A program made the translations under genes and the position numbers. 64,000 bases of DNA from Batkoa obscura (Eukaryota). Positions 46,336 through 58,501 of the stretch are shown one piece after another (position 1 is the stretch's first letter; the number at the start of each line of letters is the position of its first letter). The stretch lies in contig JASVEC010000013.1 in NCBI GenBank assembly GCA_030770535.1, positions 496,001-560,000 on the forward strand, written 5' to 3'. The notes beneath the pieces are model-generated. The model was not told the DNA's origin and did not search any database. It saw only the letters and a list, made by a program, of their open reading frames with translations.

Positions 46336-47196
46336 ATATCAATTTTATATAAATTTTTTACTAGAACCACATAGTAAATTAATTATTTTTTGTTTAAGTT
46401 CTATTCTATAATAAAATGGTGTTAAAATCTGGCCAATTGCCCGATCTCTTATTAGAAGAGATACTTAAGCTTGTACATCCAGGACAATCAATCAATTTGT
46501 GTCTTCTAAGTAAAGAGTTGTTTCCTATTGGAAGTAGAGTTGCTAAATACAACGCAACTTATTCAGAACATGATCAGCATTGGACTGGTAGGTATTGGAG
46601 ATATCAGCAGAAATTCATTAGAGAAAACGGAGAATCAATGAAACACATGGATATAATATGTAAAGATGTTCAATGTTTAAATCAATGACTAAATCTAAGA
46701 TCTATCAATTACAAAATTCCAAATTATAGTAATGATAATATTGGCGACGATATTACTGGTAATATTAATGATGTCAGTAATGATATTAAATTAACTATCC
46801 AAATGTCAAAATAAAAAAATTATGTATAGAAGATTTTGATGACAGACAGCTGTTGAATTATTTAAAAAACATTTAAATCAACTCGAATCATTTGGATATG
46901 TTACAATAAACAGTTTAATTAAACAATGTATTGAATATTTAAATTCAGATATATTAAAGTCGTTGAAGTTGGATATAAAGGGTGATTCAAATCTTAATGG
47001 ATTAAACATAATTAAGACAAAGTTTGAAAAGTTTACTCAAATTAAGCACCTATAGACTCAAGTGTATGTTTGATGAAACTAAGCCAAATATAAACTTTAA
47101 TTCCAATTTAAACTTAGAACTTCTTGATATTTCCAATGATTTTGATTTTAAGTATTTTGGAAATTTAAAGCAACTGAAGAGTTTAAAGTCAACAGG

Positions 47197-48502
47197 TAAT
47201 ATTCAATCATTTTAAGCCGAAGGGGCTGATTTGTTTATGATTATCATTAAAAAAACTACTAAGTGGTAAAATTTAAAAATGAGAGTAAATATTATTTATG
47301 ATATATATTAAAATAGTATCAGAAAATTATTTTAACATAATAAATATTGCAGTAGATATAGCAACTTGAAAATGAAGGAGTTTGTTTTTAAAAACCAGCC
47401 CACTTAGGATAGTTTTTGAGGACGTTATATTGTCTAAACTTATATAATGGAAATATGTTATTTTAGTGATATATATATATTAATACATGAAATTTAATTT
47501 GGTATTGTTCTTTATAAACTTTTGTCATTAAAATAATTAATTCTATACTAAATAGTATAGCTTATGTTTCCAATTTTTTCAAAATTTTAAGCAGGTGATT
47601 CACTACAACTCAAAAATAACTCAAAAAATAGTGCATACAGCTCATTTTAAAGGTAACTAGGTTTTCAATATACTTTGATATTATGATATTAAACGTATTG
47701 TAAAGCTTAATCTCTTTAACAAGTTTTGTTCTATATTGTTTGATATATTATCCATTAAGTAATAGCAAATTTACTTGAATATTGAAAGCAAAAAATAAAT
47801 TTTGTTTTGATGCATTATAAAGTGTTTTTAATAAATAAGCTTGGTTCTTTAGTTTAAAAAAAAGTTAAGTCATTAAAGTATGATTAAGTTTATTGTAGCT
47901 CGATGAATAATCTATCAACTAATACAAACCAAAGCTTATTAAAGATGTCAAATTCTAAACTACATTTGGTGTTATGACGTTAGAGATGTGAACAGTCTAG
48001 TTACTTCGGTAAAATTTGAACGTTTTCAAAGAATGTGTGTTAATGCTTCTAAAATAATAACTAGATTTTCAACGCATTATACTGTATTAATATAAAATAT
48101 AGACTAAAGCTTGAAGTTTTTAATAATTTTTATCTGATGGGGATGTTCTTTTTGGTTTCATCACTTTTTTCATTTTTTAAGCGCTATTTGAGTGGAAAGA
48201 TTGTTAGTAAAATTCTTAAGTAAAAAAATACATCCCCTGATATTATTTACTGTATTATTCATTGAGTTGCAACAAATTTAGTTATTTTTTAAAGCGTTAA
48301 AAAGAATTTAGCTTTAGTGTAGTGTAAAATATTTTGATAGAAAAAGTTACTAAAAAGCATTACTAGAATAATTTTTGTATACTAATATATATGTTTGTTA
48401 TTAAAACAATATGTCCACATTATACAATCTTAGATAATATAATATTTTTTCATACCAACCTTTTTGGCCAAATCGGACCGAATGGGCCGAGTTCAAATAG
48501 TA
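47197..48502. mobile_element. Non-coding insertion with subterminal hairpins at both ends
   Basis: Interrupts F-box pseudogene B; hairpins agccgaaggggct (47215-47227) and tcggaccgaatgggccga (48473-48490); ends in aatagta. Confidence 0.55.
48139..48237 (-). mobile_element. MITE copy 10, TSD TGAT
   Basis: tgat|ggggatgttc...aatacatcccc|tgat. Confidence 0.92.
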
Positions 48503-49499
48503 CTTTTTAATAAATTGTACTAATTTAACTTTAACTACTAGCAATAATTACGGCAAATTGGAGTTAATCAAAGATACTAGCATCGTTACCTTAGGTAGGG
48601 TTAATCCAAGAGATAGGATTAATTATGATTTTTTAAAATCGTCAACTCTGAAAGAAGTTGGCTTAATACACATATCAATAAATTTAATAAACTAAAGTTC
48701 ATTGTCATCTAGTATCCAAAGTATTTACATTGCTAATATACAATGCTGTAATGCGTTTTTTAATCATAGAACTCTTAATAAATATAGTTTTCATAAAAGA
48801 GGATATAATTCGGTTAAATATAGTTGTACTAAACAAATTCGAATTCAGTGCTGTAAGTTGACAACTGGAGAATTTGTTTATTTATCTCCCTCTTCCCGAA
48901 TCTTGAAATCATCAAAGCTTTACACTTAGCATAAAAAAATGGCATCCAGGATTATATCTGAACATATAATTGCTACCCCTTTAATATCTATTTCACGTTT
49001 AATAAACTACAACAAAAGCCTTCTAAATGAATTGTTGGAGTATATTCTATCATTGCTTTGGATAAGGTTTTAATAAGCTGATTTTCGATAATAACGAGTT
49101 TTTACTGTTTTATATTTAATAACATTTTATACTATTTTACATACAAATATTATTAACCATAATGAGTTTGTGCTTTAAAACAATGACTTTAGGATATTTA
49201 TTTAATTTCGTAATAGCTTAAATTCACCATTCTAATTATACATATATTTTTTTATAACTTAACCTTTTAGCAAGAGCTTTGTATAAATGTCTAGCTCATT
49301 CATTCTTTAGCGGTTTTATTAACAATTTCAATAAAAACTGCATAAATTTGCCCTCATCGGACCCAAAACTTTCACCCACTCTATCGAAATTGTCAAGGTG
49401 CTCACTAGCTCTTCGAAACTGAAATTATTTATCTGACCAGGACCGTGTGAGGTTTATGTATTGATTACCTGTTAGCTTCATTCACCTCTTAATGTCATA

Positions 49500-49880
49500 A
49501 GTGCTTTCTACTTTTTTTTATGGAAAAAGAAAACCTCAACCTTTGTTTCTTCCACTGCTTCTTTACTAAGATAAGATAGCTTGGTGCCTAGTTCCATTTT
49601 TTGTGACCTTCGCATATTTGGTCATCCACTCTGCTATACATCCCCTTGTCTACTACATTTGTGGTACGGATCCTTCTGCCTACTACAAAATTATAGGATT
49701 TATATTTTACTAATTGAATTTTACCACGCAAATATCATACCCAACCTCAAACCCATATCATTTGCCCGAATTTTCTCAGATTTCAAATAACTGATCTACA
49801 AGGAACTAAGGTTTAACTTGAACCAGTACTTCTCTAACAATGCCCTTCTTTCTATAGAACTTATTGGCGTTATTTTTTAA
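49500..49880 (-). mobile_element. Decayed dispersed repeat, possibly the 3' part of a non-LTR retrotransposon ORF2
   Basis: Homologous to ~53700-54060 and ~56050-56270; stop-riddled minus-strand frame SSIERRALLEKYWFK. Confidence 0.4.
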
Positions 49881-50036
49881 CGCTAAAATGTATAAATAAT
49901 AGAACACTTGTAAAGTTTAGATTGAATGGCTTTAAACAAATATATAAAACAATACTTGGATAATGATATACAAAAGTTAAATTAAATTAGAGATATTTTA
50001 AACATCTCTTTATTATTTCTATAAAAGCATATTAAA

Positions 50037-50897
50037 TTAACGAGTTCTACATGTTGAGTTACATTCTTCGATACTAGTAAAAGCAAGACATCCATCATCA
50101 CAACCGCCATAGACATCTTTAACACATTTACCTTTTAATGGATCGAAATGGTAAGATGGAAAAGCAGCACGGCACATACCAGAATTGGTTTTAATATAGC
50201 ATTTTTTGTCGAATTTGACTAAAGGATTAAAGATTACGTTTGGGATCTCAACTTTACAAGATTGTTGAGAGAAAGAACCATTAGTTTTAGATTCTTCTTT
50301 TTTAGCTGGCTGACTACTCTTTTTTACGCATGATCTTTCACATTCTTCGATACTACCAAAGACAGAACATCCGTCACTACATCCTCCATAGACATCTTCA
50401 ACACATTTACCTTTTAATGGATCGAAATGGTAAGATGGAAAAGCAGCACGGCACATACCAGACTCAGTCTTAATGAAACATCTATCATCTAACTTCTTTA
50501 ACTCAGCTGATAAATTTTTAGGTTTGTCAACTTTACAAGAATTTTCCGATTTTTGCTCTTTTGGTTTACTTCCAGTAACTGGTTGTATCTTATTCTTTAC
50601 ACATAATCCCTGACATTCTTGCATGGTACTAAATGCATAGCATCCATCATCACAGCCACCATGAAGACTTTTAACACATTTGCCTTTAGATGGATCAAAA
50701 TGGTAAGATGGAACTGCAGCACGGCACATACCAGGATCAGTTTTTATGAAGCACTTATCATCTAGGTTTTTATATTGAGGCTTAAAATTGGTACTTTTGT
50801 CTACTTTACAATCTTCTTGCTGGAAATTATACGATTTTTGAGAAATAGTGGTTGCTAATAAAGCAAACAAAGCTAATGATTTGAGTACACTTTTCAT
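50037..50897 (-). CDS. Secreted protease inhibitor with three BPTI/Kunitz domains (P1 Arg)
   Basis: Signal peptide; three repeats of C-x8-C(RAA)-x15-C-x7(GG)C-x12-C-x3-C with F-x-S/T-x-x-E-C. Confidence 0.92.
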   Translation of the reverse strand: MKSVLKSLALFALLATTISQKSYNFQQEDCKVDKSTNFKPQYKNLDDKCFIKTDPGMCRAAVPSYHFDPSKGKCVKSLHGGCDDGCYAFSTMQECQGLCVKNKIQPVTGSKPKEQKSENSCKVDKPKNLSAELKKLDDRCFIKTESGMCRAAFPSYHFDPLKGKCVEDVYGGCSDGCSVFGSIEECERSCVKKSSQPAKKEESKTNGSFSQQSCKVEIPNVIFNPLVKFDKKCYIKTNSGMCRAAFPSYHFDPLKGKCVKDVYGGCDDGCLAFTSIEECNSTCRTR

Positions 50898-51727
50898 GAT
50901 TAATTTTTAAATGTTTAATATTTCTATTATTTTATATTTTATATTCTAATTGTTTTTATAAATACTATGTATTTACTTCATCCATTTATATACTCATTTC
51001 AGTCTCTATCTTGGTTTACTATGGTTACTGTTTGACATATCATTTATTATGCAAACCTCGGATCAAGTAATTAAAATACTTTTATTCATTAATTAAGAAC
51101 TATCATTTAACAGTATTTCAATTTATACTTTATTTATAATTTAGTAAAAGCTGTAACAAAATTATGGCTAAAAATTCAAAAGTATAAAATCATAACTTTG
51201 ATGCGTCATTTTTATGTTCTATTTTATTTATTATTGATACAATGTTGCTATTTTTATCATATTATTTTATGTTATTAGTTTTGTCTTTATTAATGTCAAA
51301 TAACAAAGTCAATATAAGTTTATTATTTAATGACATCATCAAACTTAACTAATTGACGCTACCAATTCAAGTATCATTGGTCTTTGATAAGTTATACATT
51401 TGTATCATAATTTGAGTTCGCATGCTTCTAATATCGAAAGGTTACTGTGATAGGATATTGACTGACTATAAAACGTTTTTGTTTTATATATTATTTACTT
51501 ATAAGTATGTAGCCAAGATAAAATCGTATTTTTTAGTAAAATTACATTTGTATTTTTTTAAATAAATTGTTAAAAGGCTAGCCCAAATGTTTTGTTTTAT
51601 TATACTTACATTTTAATATTCTAATAGTTTCAAACAGTGGTTTAACATCTAAAGACTTAATAAAGTGATTACTAATCAATAGACATCGGATACTTGATTA
51701 TTTAATTTTATCATGTAATTTTACAAT

Positions 51728-52381
51728 TACTATTCAAAACTGACCCATTTGGGTCGGTTTTGTTTTAACTAATGCTCTATCAGTTTTGAACCATATGGTT
51801 TCAAACAAAAGAAACTGATAGTGTAGCCCCCAAATATTATCTGGGGATGTTTGTTAAAAATACTTTAAAAATAAAATAAAATTTAAATATTATTAAAAGC
51901 TACTTATTACAAGCCAAACCAAAACTAGCTAAATTTACTTCAATTATTTAAACTATTTTACGCCTAATTTTAAAAATATCAAATTTTAACAGGCGTTTTT
52001 TTAAAATTTGAATAAATTACACTGAGTATTTGTTTTTTCTAAAAAATGTTAATATTTTATATTTACATTTAATCTTTAATATAAGTATTATACTATAGAC
52101 TTAACTAATATGTACTTTAAAAAAATAAATTATATTTAACCTTTTAATATACATTTCAAAAATAGGCCCAAACGGCTCTTTGTTTTTTTTGCCCAATACC
52201 ATCCATATTTGTAACTTGATATTATAATTTATTTGTTTATAATATTGATTTTTAGAGGTTTAGGTGGTAATAAGAGACTCAGATTATATTGAATTAAAAG
52301 CTCAAATTTATACAGTTAATTCTTGGTGTATTTTTCTTGCTTTTAGCATCAACCCATTTGAGTTGATTTTTCAGAATAGTA
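51728..52381. mobile_element. ~650-bp element with inverted termini and subterminal hairpins
   Basis: tactattc...gaatagta termini; hairpins aaaactgacccatttgggtcggtttt (51736-51761) and atcaacccatttgagttgat (52348-52367). Confidence 0.55.
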
Positions 52382-53130
52382 CTTGTTGATAATTTTATAT
52401 TGCCCGGAAAAATAATTTTATTTATTCGTCTTTACAGTAATATAAGCAATGGTTGTTAATTTTTCTTTGAAGTAATTTAAACAATTTGGTATTCTAAACT
52501 ATTTATTAAACTAAACTGTAGTTGTATGAGGAAATATTTATAAATATATAGATATTTATAAGTTACGATGTTATCAAATATTTTTATAAAAATCTAAAAA
52601 TATGTCATAATAAATTATAATTTACGTCTATTATAGACGTTTATGTCATTGAAAATATTTAATATAATCAGACACCTTTTGGTAATTAGCTTAAACTCAA
52701 AGTTGTTTATATCATAGGAATTGATAAATTATTTTTAATTTTATTTAAGTAATTATAAAAATACTAGGAGAAAACAAACCTTTCAAACTATTTATTTTAA
52801 AATACATCAAGTAATATTTAAAAAAATTATTTAAAAAAAGAACACAAAATAAAATATTGACATACACTGCAAAAACAGTAATATTTGTATTAAAAAATTA
52901 ATGGAAATTAACAAAAGTTGGTTTGGTAAAAATATTATAGATTATTAAAAGAAATTAAAATTAACATGAAAATCTAACTCTAACTTAATTAAATATTATG
53001 AAATTTATTTAATAGTGGCATTCAATTTCAAAAACAAATAGCAGAAGCATTTAAAAACAATTCCTAGTGACAATGCTGTAAAGTTGTAATTAATAATAGT
53101 TAGGCTTTAAGATTTATAATTGGTTTATAT

Positions 53131-53228
53131 GGGGATGTGTTTTTTTGTTTAAGAATTTTACTAACAATCTTTCTGCTCAAATAGCGCTTAAAAAATGGAA
53201 AAAGTAATGAAATCAAAAAAACATCCCC
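53131..53228 (+). mobile_element. MITE copy 11 (TSD ATAT/ATAC)
   Basis: atat|ggggatgtgt...aaaacatcccc|atac. Confidence 0.9.
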
Positions 53229-53699
53229 ATACCTTAATTATTTTCTTAAAACGTTTATTTATGGTGAAGTTTACTAAAGCTAAAATAATGATAGATAAAA
53301 ATCAAAGAAAGTGGCTAAACTATTAGAAGTTAAAGTGTTTAAGTCAAATATATTTCCTTCAAAATGAGACTCACATTTGAAACCTGCTTCAGATTGAAAG
53401 ATAGGAAAAGTTTATAAATAAGAAGGATTTTCTATTTTAAAGACGGAATATAATCATCAAAGGATTAGACTAAAGCTTAAACACTTGTTCATAATAGTAT
53501 TTATAAGGTTGTAAAAATCACAATTTAATTTTATCAACAAAAATTTGGCCTGGTTAAATTAATAACTTTATGTTTTTACGATGTTTTTATATTAAGTTCG
53601 CTTACAAACTTCAATTAAAAACTGAAAAGGGTATAAAGTAAAGTCCAGCCCTTTCTTTTATTTAACCAAAGTCCATAGATGATTATCTACTTTTTTAAT

Positions 53700-54060
53700 T
53701 AAAAAAGATTTTTTAACCATCATTTTATCCACTACCTCTTTGCTAGGGCATTGTAGCTTAATTTCTAGTGCCATTTTTTATTATCTCCTTGTATCCGGAC
53801 GCTTTTTATGCTTTACAGTTCTTTGTCTACCACATCTAGAACACAGACTTTTTTGCCTATTCTACAACAATAGGTTTCAAATTTTAAATAAATATATATT
53901 AACATGTAAAGTTAATATTCAATCTTAAACTTATACCACTTACCTCCCTTTTCTCAGGTTGAAATTGATTAATTTTTAAAGAACTGAAGTTTATGTTGCT
54001 CTGGCTCTACTCCAACAATGGGCCTCTCTCTATAGAATATATTACTGATGTTCTTTATAA
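53700..54060 (-). mobile_element. Decayed repeat, LINE-like 3' fragment (second copy)
   Basis: Minus-strand frame LCSRCGRQRTVKH (CxxC...H zinc-knuckle-like); homologous to 49500..49880. Confidence 0.4.
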
Positions 54061-54341
54061 ATCTAAGACCCATTTTACGATATATATTTTATCTATTATA
54101 AGATATCGTCCATCATTTGATTTCTTATCTCCATAGTTGCCTTAACTAATCTAATTTCTTATAGCCAAAATAAATGTACAAAGTTTTCAAATTTTTAACT
54201 TGAGTTAGAAAAATTCAAGCTTAATTAACTAATGATCTTTGATTTATTTAATTTTACTGTTTTCCTTACATAGTTACAATCATAAACTTAAAAAAATAAA
54301 ATGGTTGTAACCTTTTAAATTTAATTTAATTTAATCTCAAC

Positions 54342-55618
54342 ATGCTATTAAAGTTTGACCAATTGCCCAATCTTAATTTAGAGGAGATATTCAAATTTGT
54401 ACATCCTGAGAAATTGATTGACTGGTTTTTAAGTAAAGGTTGCTTCCTATTACAAGTGGAATAGTCAAATATAACCCAACTTAGTGTACAAACAAAATGA
54501 GCTTACAAAATATTGCAAGTATAAGGGTGAATTTATTTAAAAAAAACGAAGAATCGATGAAACATGTGTTTATGAATAGTGAAGGTATTAAACATTTAAG
54601 TAACTACCCAAATGTAAGACCTATAGCTTATTTAAGAGCAATTAGTACAGATGAAAGTGCTAAATTAAATATCTAAATGCTAATTTTATTTATTTGTGTT
54701 CAAGTGCAGTCATTAGAATCACTTGACAACTTTTTAAATCGACTTGAATCATCTGGATATCGTGATTCTGATCCTTCAATTGAACATTGTATCAAACATT
54801 TGAATACAAATATATTAAAGTCACTTAAATTTCATATATCCGGATATTTTAATCTTAATGGATTAGACATACTCAAAGAAAAATTTAATAAGTTGAGGAA
54901 ATTAAGTTTGTATGCTGGTGTATTTGTGTGTATATCTTATAAAATTAATTCTAAAATAAAATTAAAGCCCAATTTAGATTTGGGAATTACAAATGTCTCT
55001 ATTGATTTTGGTTTGAAGTGTTTCAGAGACTTAAAGAAATTAAGGAGTATGAAATTAACACCAATTAATAGCTCATATTTAACTACTCATAAGGATTGTA
55101 ACGGAATAGAATTAATTAAAGGTAGTAAGATTGTTGCTGTAGGTCGCTTTAATCCAATGTATAAAATTGATTATGATTTTGTAAAGTTATCAACTTTAAA
55201 GAGGTTCATGTCATATATTTACCAATAGAGTTATTAAAATACGTCTCTTTAACTCCAAGTATCCGAATTACTCATTTTTTATTTAGATTGCTATGGTCGC
55301 TTATTTGATAGTATTGGTTTTGGTGAGTATAATTTTTATAAACAAGGACATCATTTATCTAACTGTAACTCTATAAAGCAAATTCGTATCAAATACTCTG
55401 AAGTTACAAGCGAAGGATTAGTTTATTTAATATCCCTTTCCCCAAACCTTAAAATCTTTGAAGGTACAGCACTAGTATTTCAAAAAAATTCAATATTTAA
55501 CTTTGAGTACATTACCACTCCTTTATTCTTTGTTACACCTGTTGATGACTATTGTAGAGTCATCTTTAAGAAATTATTGAAATATATTCTATTGTTAGTT
55601 TGAGTGAAACTACAATAA
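54342..55618 (+). pseudogene. F-box/LRR-like family member C, decayed
   Basis: MLLKFDQLPNLNLEEIFKFVHPE, then frameshifts and stops; the residual 183-aa ORF has LxxL repeats; C-terminus matches copies A, B and D. Confidence 0.75.
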
Positions 55619-56049
55619 GTTAACTTCTAATAAAATTAAATTTCAATATTTCAAATTATTTTCATACAACAAGGTTGCTAATCAACTTATAATAATGCTT
55701 TATAAAAATAACCTTAACATGATTATGTACTTTTATTATATGTAATCCAAATCCGATTTTATAATAAGTAAATATTTCTCATGACTTAAAACATTTTTGC
55801 ATAAGTTTTAGTCGAATGTTCTATTTATTCTTTTCAATAATTTTCTTGAAAAAAATTTCGAATAAAGAGCCATACCAAGCTCTCCTCTTCTTAATCCAAC
55901 ACTTCTACTTACTTTAGAAAAAAGCGTCAAAACACCTACCAATCTCCTTAGATTGAAATCCTATACCTATTCCCCATCTTGTGATGTATATATTTTAAAC
56001 ATACATTGAGTTCATTTAAACCCTATTTGCTTAACAACTACATTTCTTA

Positions 56050-56270
56050 CTTGATGTAAAAGAAAACCTCAGCCGCTATTTCCTGTACTCCTCTTTTTCC
56101 AGAGCAATGTAGTTTGATGACTGGCACTTTTTTTTTCTTGCTCCCAATACTTGGACCCTTTTTCTAGTTCATATTCCTTTGATCGCCACTCTGAGGCATA
56201 ATTGTCTTTATCTACTATACAATAATAGGATTTATCTATTTAGTAATCAAGTTTCCCCATGTAAATACAG
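56050..56270 (-). mobile_element. Decayed repeat, LINE-like fragment (third copy)
   Basis: aaagaaaacctca...ctacta..caa..ataggattt shared with 49525-49700. Confidence 0.35.
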
Positions 56271-56898
56271 ATTGTTTTTAACAGTTGAATACAATTAAAA
56301 AATATAATAAAAGATCTTTTGAAAAATGAATAAATAAATAAATGAAATAGCCTATACAATTTAGGCTAGATCCATCAACATTTTTGTACTTTTTTTGTAT
56401 TTTCAATATAATAAAAGAGAACTATTAATACTGAAACAATTGTATACAAAAAAAAATTCCTCAAGATTTTCCAAAAATTCAAAATCGTGCAACTTATATT
56501 AAAAGCTTTATAGCTGAAAAACAAAATAAGAAGCAAAATATGATAGTTTAATGTTAAATATATATAATAGATAAATAAATTTAAGTATTTTAATAATTAA
56601 TAAAAATACTCAAAAATTGGCTTTTTTTTAAATCACGTAACTTTTAAAAAGAAAACTACTAGTTAATACTCCTATTTGAAAAGTTTTTTTTATAATAAGT
56701 TTTTTTTGAATAAAGTTACTATAGTATAAATTTGTATGCACATTTATTACTTCGAAATTAAATTTTTATTATCATATAATACAAAAAAGGTTTCAATCTT
56801 TCAAAAAAATTTATTCAAAAAACTGTGTTAAAAATAGATAAAAATGAACCCTTGGAAAAAAAATCAAAAAAATTACAGTATAATAGTATATACTATAT

Positions 56899-56995
56899 AA
56901 GGATATATTTTTGTGTTTAAGGATTTTACTAACAACTTTTCCGCTTAAATAGCGCTTAAAAGATGGAAAAAGTGAAGAAGCCAAAAAAAACACCT
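56899..56995 (+). mobile_element. MITE copy 12
   Basis: aaggatatatttttgtgtttaaggattttactaacaac...gccaaaaaaaacacct, flanked by atat. Confidence 0.8.
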
Positions 56996-57382
56996 ATATA
57001 TGTTATTTTTACTACTCCATTCTCTTTTAGCTTTGTTCCCTTTTTTAATTTTTTTTAAAAGTGTCCCTAAAAAACAAAAATACCCTGTATCACATTCAAT
57101 TAAGTCTATGCCATTCACCGCTTTTTTAGGTGAAAAAAACTGATTTATAAAGAGCTAAATCTTACCTTACATTAGTTCTACCCCAATAATGGCCTTCTTT
57201 TTATAGGATTTGTTTAAATTGTTTTCCACAATACTAAGTTACAATATAAAAAACTACTTGTGTAATCTTAAATATTATAATTTTAAAGTAACAAAGCAAA
57301 GTATAGGTATTGAAATACATAAAGAGTAAGTAACTGTAAATACTTATCCTTGTGTTTATTGCTTTTGCAAAAACATGTTGAA

Positions 57383-57679
57383 TTAGCGAGTTCTGCAAGT
57401 TGAAGTATATCCTTCAATACTACTAAAAACAGCATAATCATCGCTATAACCTCTGAAAGAATCTCCAAGACATTTACCCATAGATGAATCAAAATGGTAG
57501 GATGGTATTCGCTCTCAGCACATATCGGTCTTACTTTTAACAAAGCATTTGTTATCCAATTTCTTTAACTCAACTGATAAATTTTTAGGCTTATCAACGT
57601 CACAAGAACCTATCCAGCCTTGGGAAATAGCTACTGCTAACAAAACGAATAAATCCAAAATTCTAAGGACACTTTTCAT
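57383..57679 (-). pseudogene. Single-domain Kunitz inhibitor pseudogene (paralog of 50037..50897)
   Basis: MKSVLRILDLFVLLAVAISQ...SCDVDKPKNLSVELKKLDNKCFVKSKTDMC*ERIPSYHFDSSMGKC...TCRTR*; in-frame TGA at 57515-57517 and three Cys->Tyr changes. Confidence 0.88.
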
Positions 57680-58402
57680 ATTTGATTTTATAAATTTCTA
57701 ATGTTTATATTTGCTTATGCTTTTGTATTCTAATTTTTTCATAAATATTATTCGTCTAATTTACCTGTTTATATATTCATTTCAATCCCTATCTTCATCC
57801 ACTTCGATTGCTGTTTAATATCTTATTTCTTAAACAAACCTTGGATCAAGTAATTTAAAGTACCCTATTCACCAAGTAAGAATTATCATTTAAAAAGTTT
57901 TGATCATTATACTTTACCAATAATTTAGTAAAGATTGTAACAAAATTATGAGTGAAATTATAAATGTAAAAAATGATAACTTTAAAACATTCTTTTTATC
58001 CCGTATTCCTTATGTTTGCTCTGAACTACTATTTTTATCATGTTGCTTTGTTTCGTCATCATTGGCTTAATTAATATTAAATTATTAAACTACCACAATT
58101 TTATTGATTTAACAGGTTCTTTGAATTATAATTGACTAATATTACCGACTTGATTATTACCAATCTTTGATAAGCCATACACCTATCATATAATTTCAGT
58201 TCACATACTTTTGATCTAATATAACTTTATCTTGATAAAATCAGCTTACTTTATACTTTATATTAGTTACACCTATCTATTATACTACACCGTTGTTGAA
58301 TTATAGTATATATATATTTATATTATATCATAACACTAACAATTGTTGTCTTTTTTTACTAAGTTTCTAAAAGCCTAGGCTTAAGTTTTATATTCATTAT
58401 AT

Positions 58403-58501
58403 GGAGGTGTTTTTTTTGGCTTCATTACTTTTTCCATTTTTTAAGCGTTATTTCAGCGGAAAGATTGTTAGTAAAATTCTTAAACAAAAAAATATATCCC
58501 C
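58403..58501 (-). mobile_element. MITE copy 13, TSD ATAT
   Basis: atat|ggaggtgttt...atatatcccc|atat. Confidence 0.9.

Larger units (their letters stand above)
46416..49073 (+). pseudogene. F-box/LRR-like family member B, decayed and split by a ~1.3-kb insertion (47197..48502)
   Basis: MVLKSGQLPDLLLEEILKLV; TGA where copy A has TGT; homology stops at ~47196 and resumes at ~48515. Confidence 0.75.

Noticed and set aside
44511..55618. Stops in the F-box-like genes as evidence of an alternative genetic code
   Set aside because: The stops are of all three types, differ between copies and co-occur with frameshifts; long genes in the window read normally in the standard code
57515..57517. In-frame TGA in the Kunitz paralog as selenocysteine or readthrough
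   Set aside because: It aligns to the P1 Arg, not a Cys, and the same copy has lost three structural cysteines, so pseudogenisation is the simpler explanation
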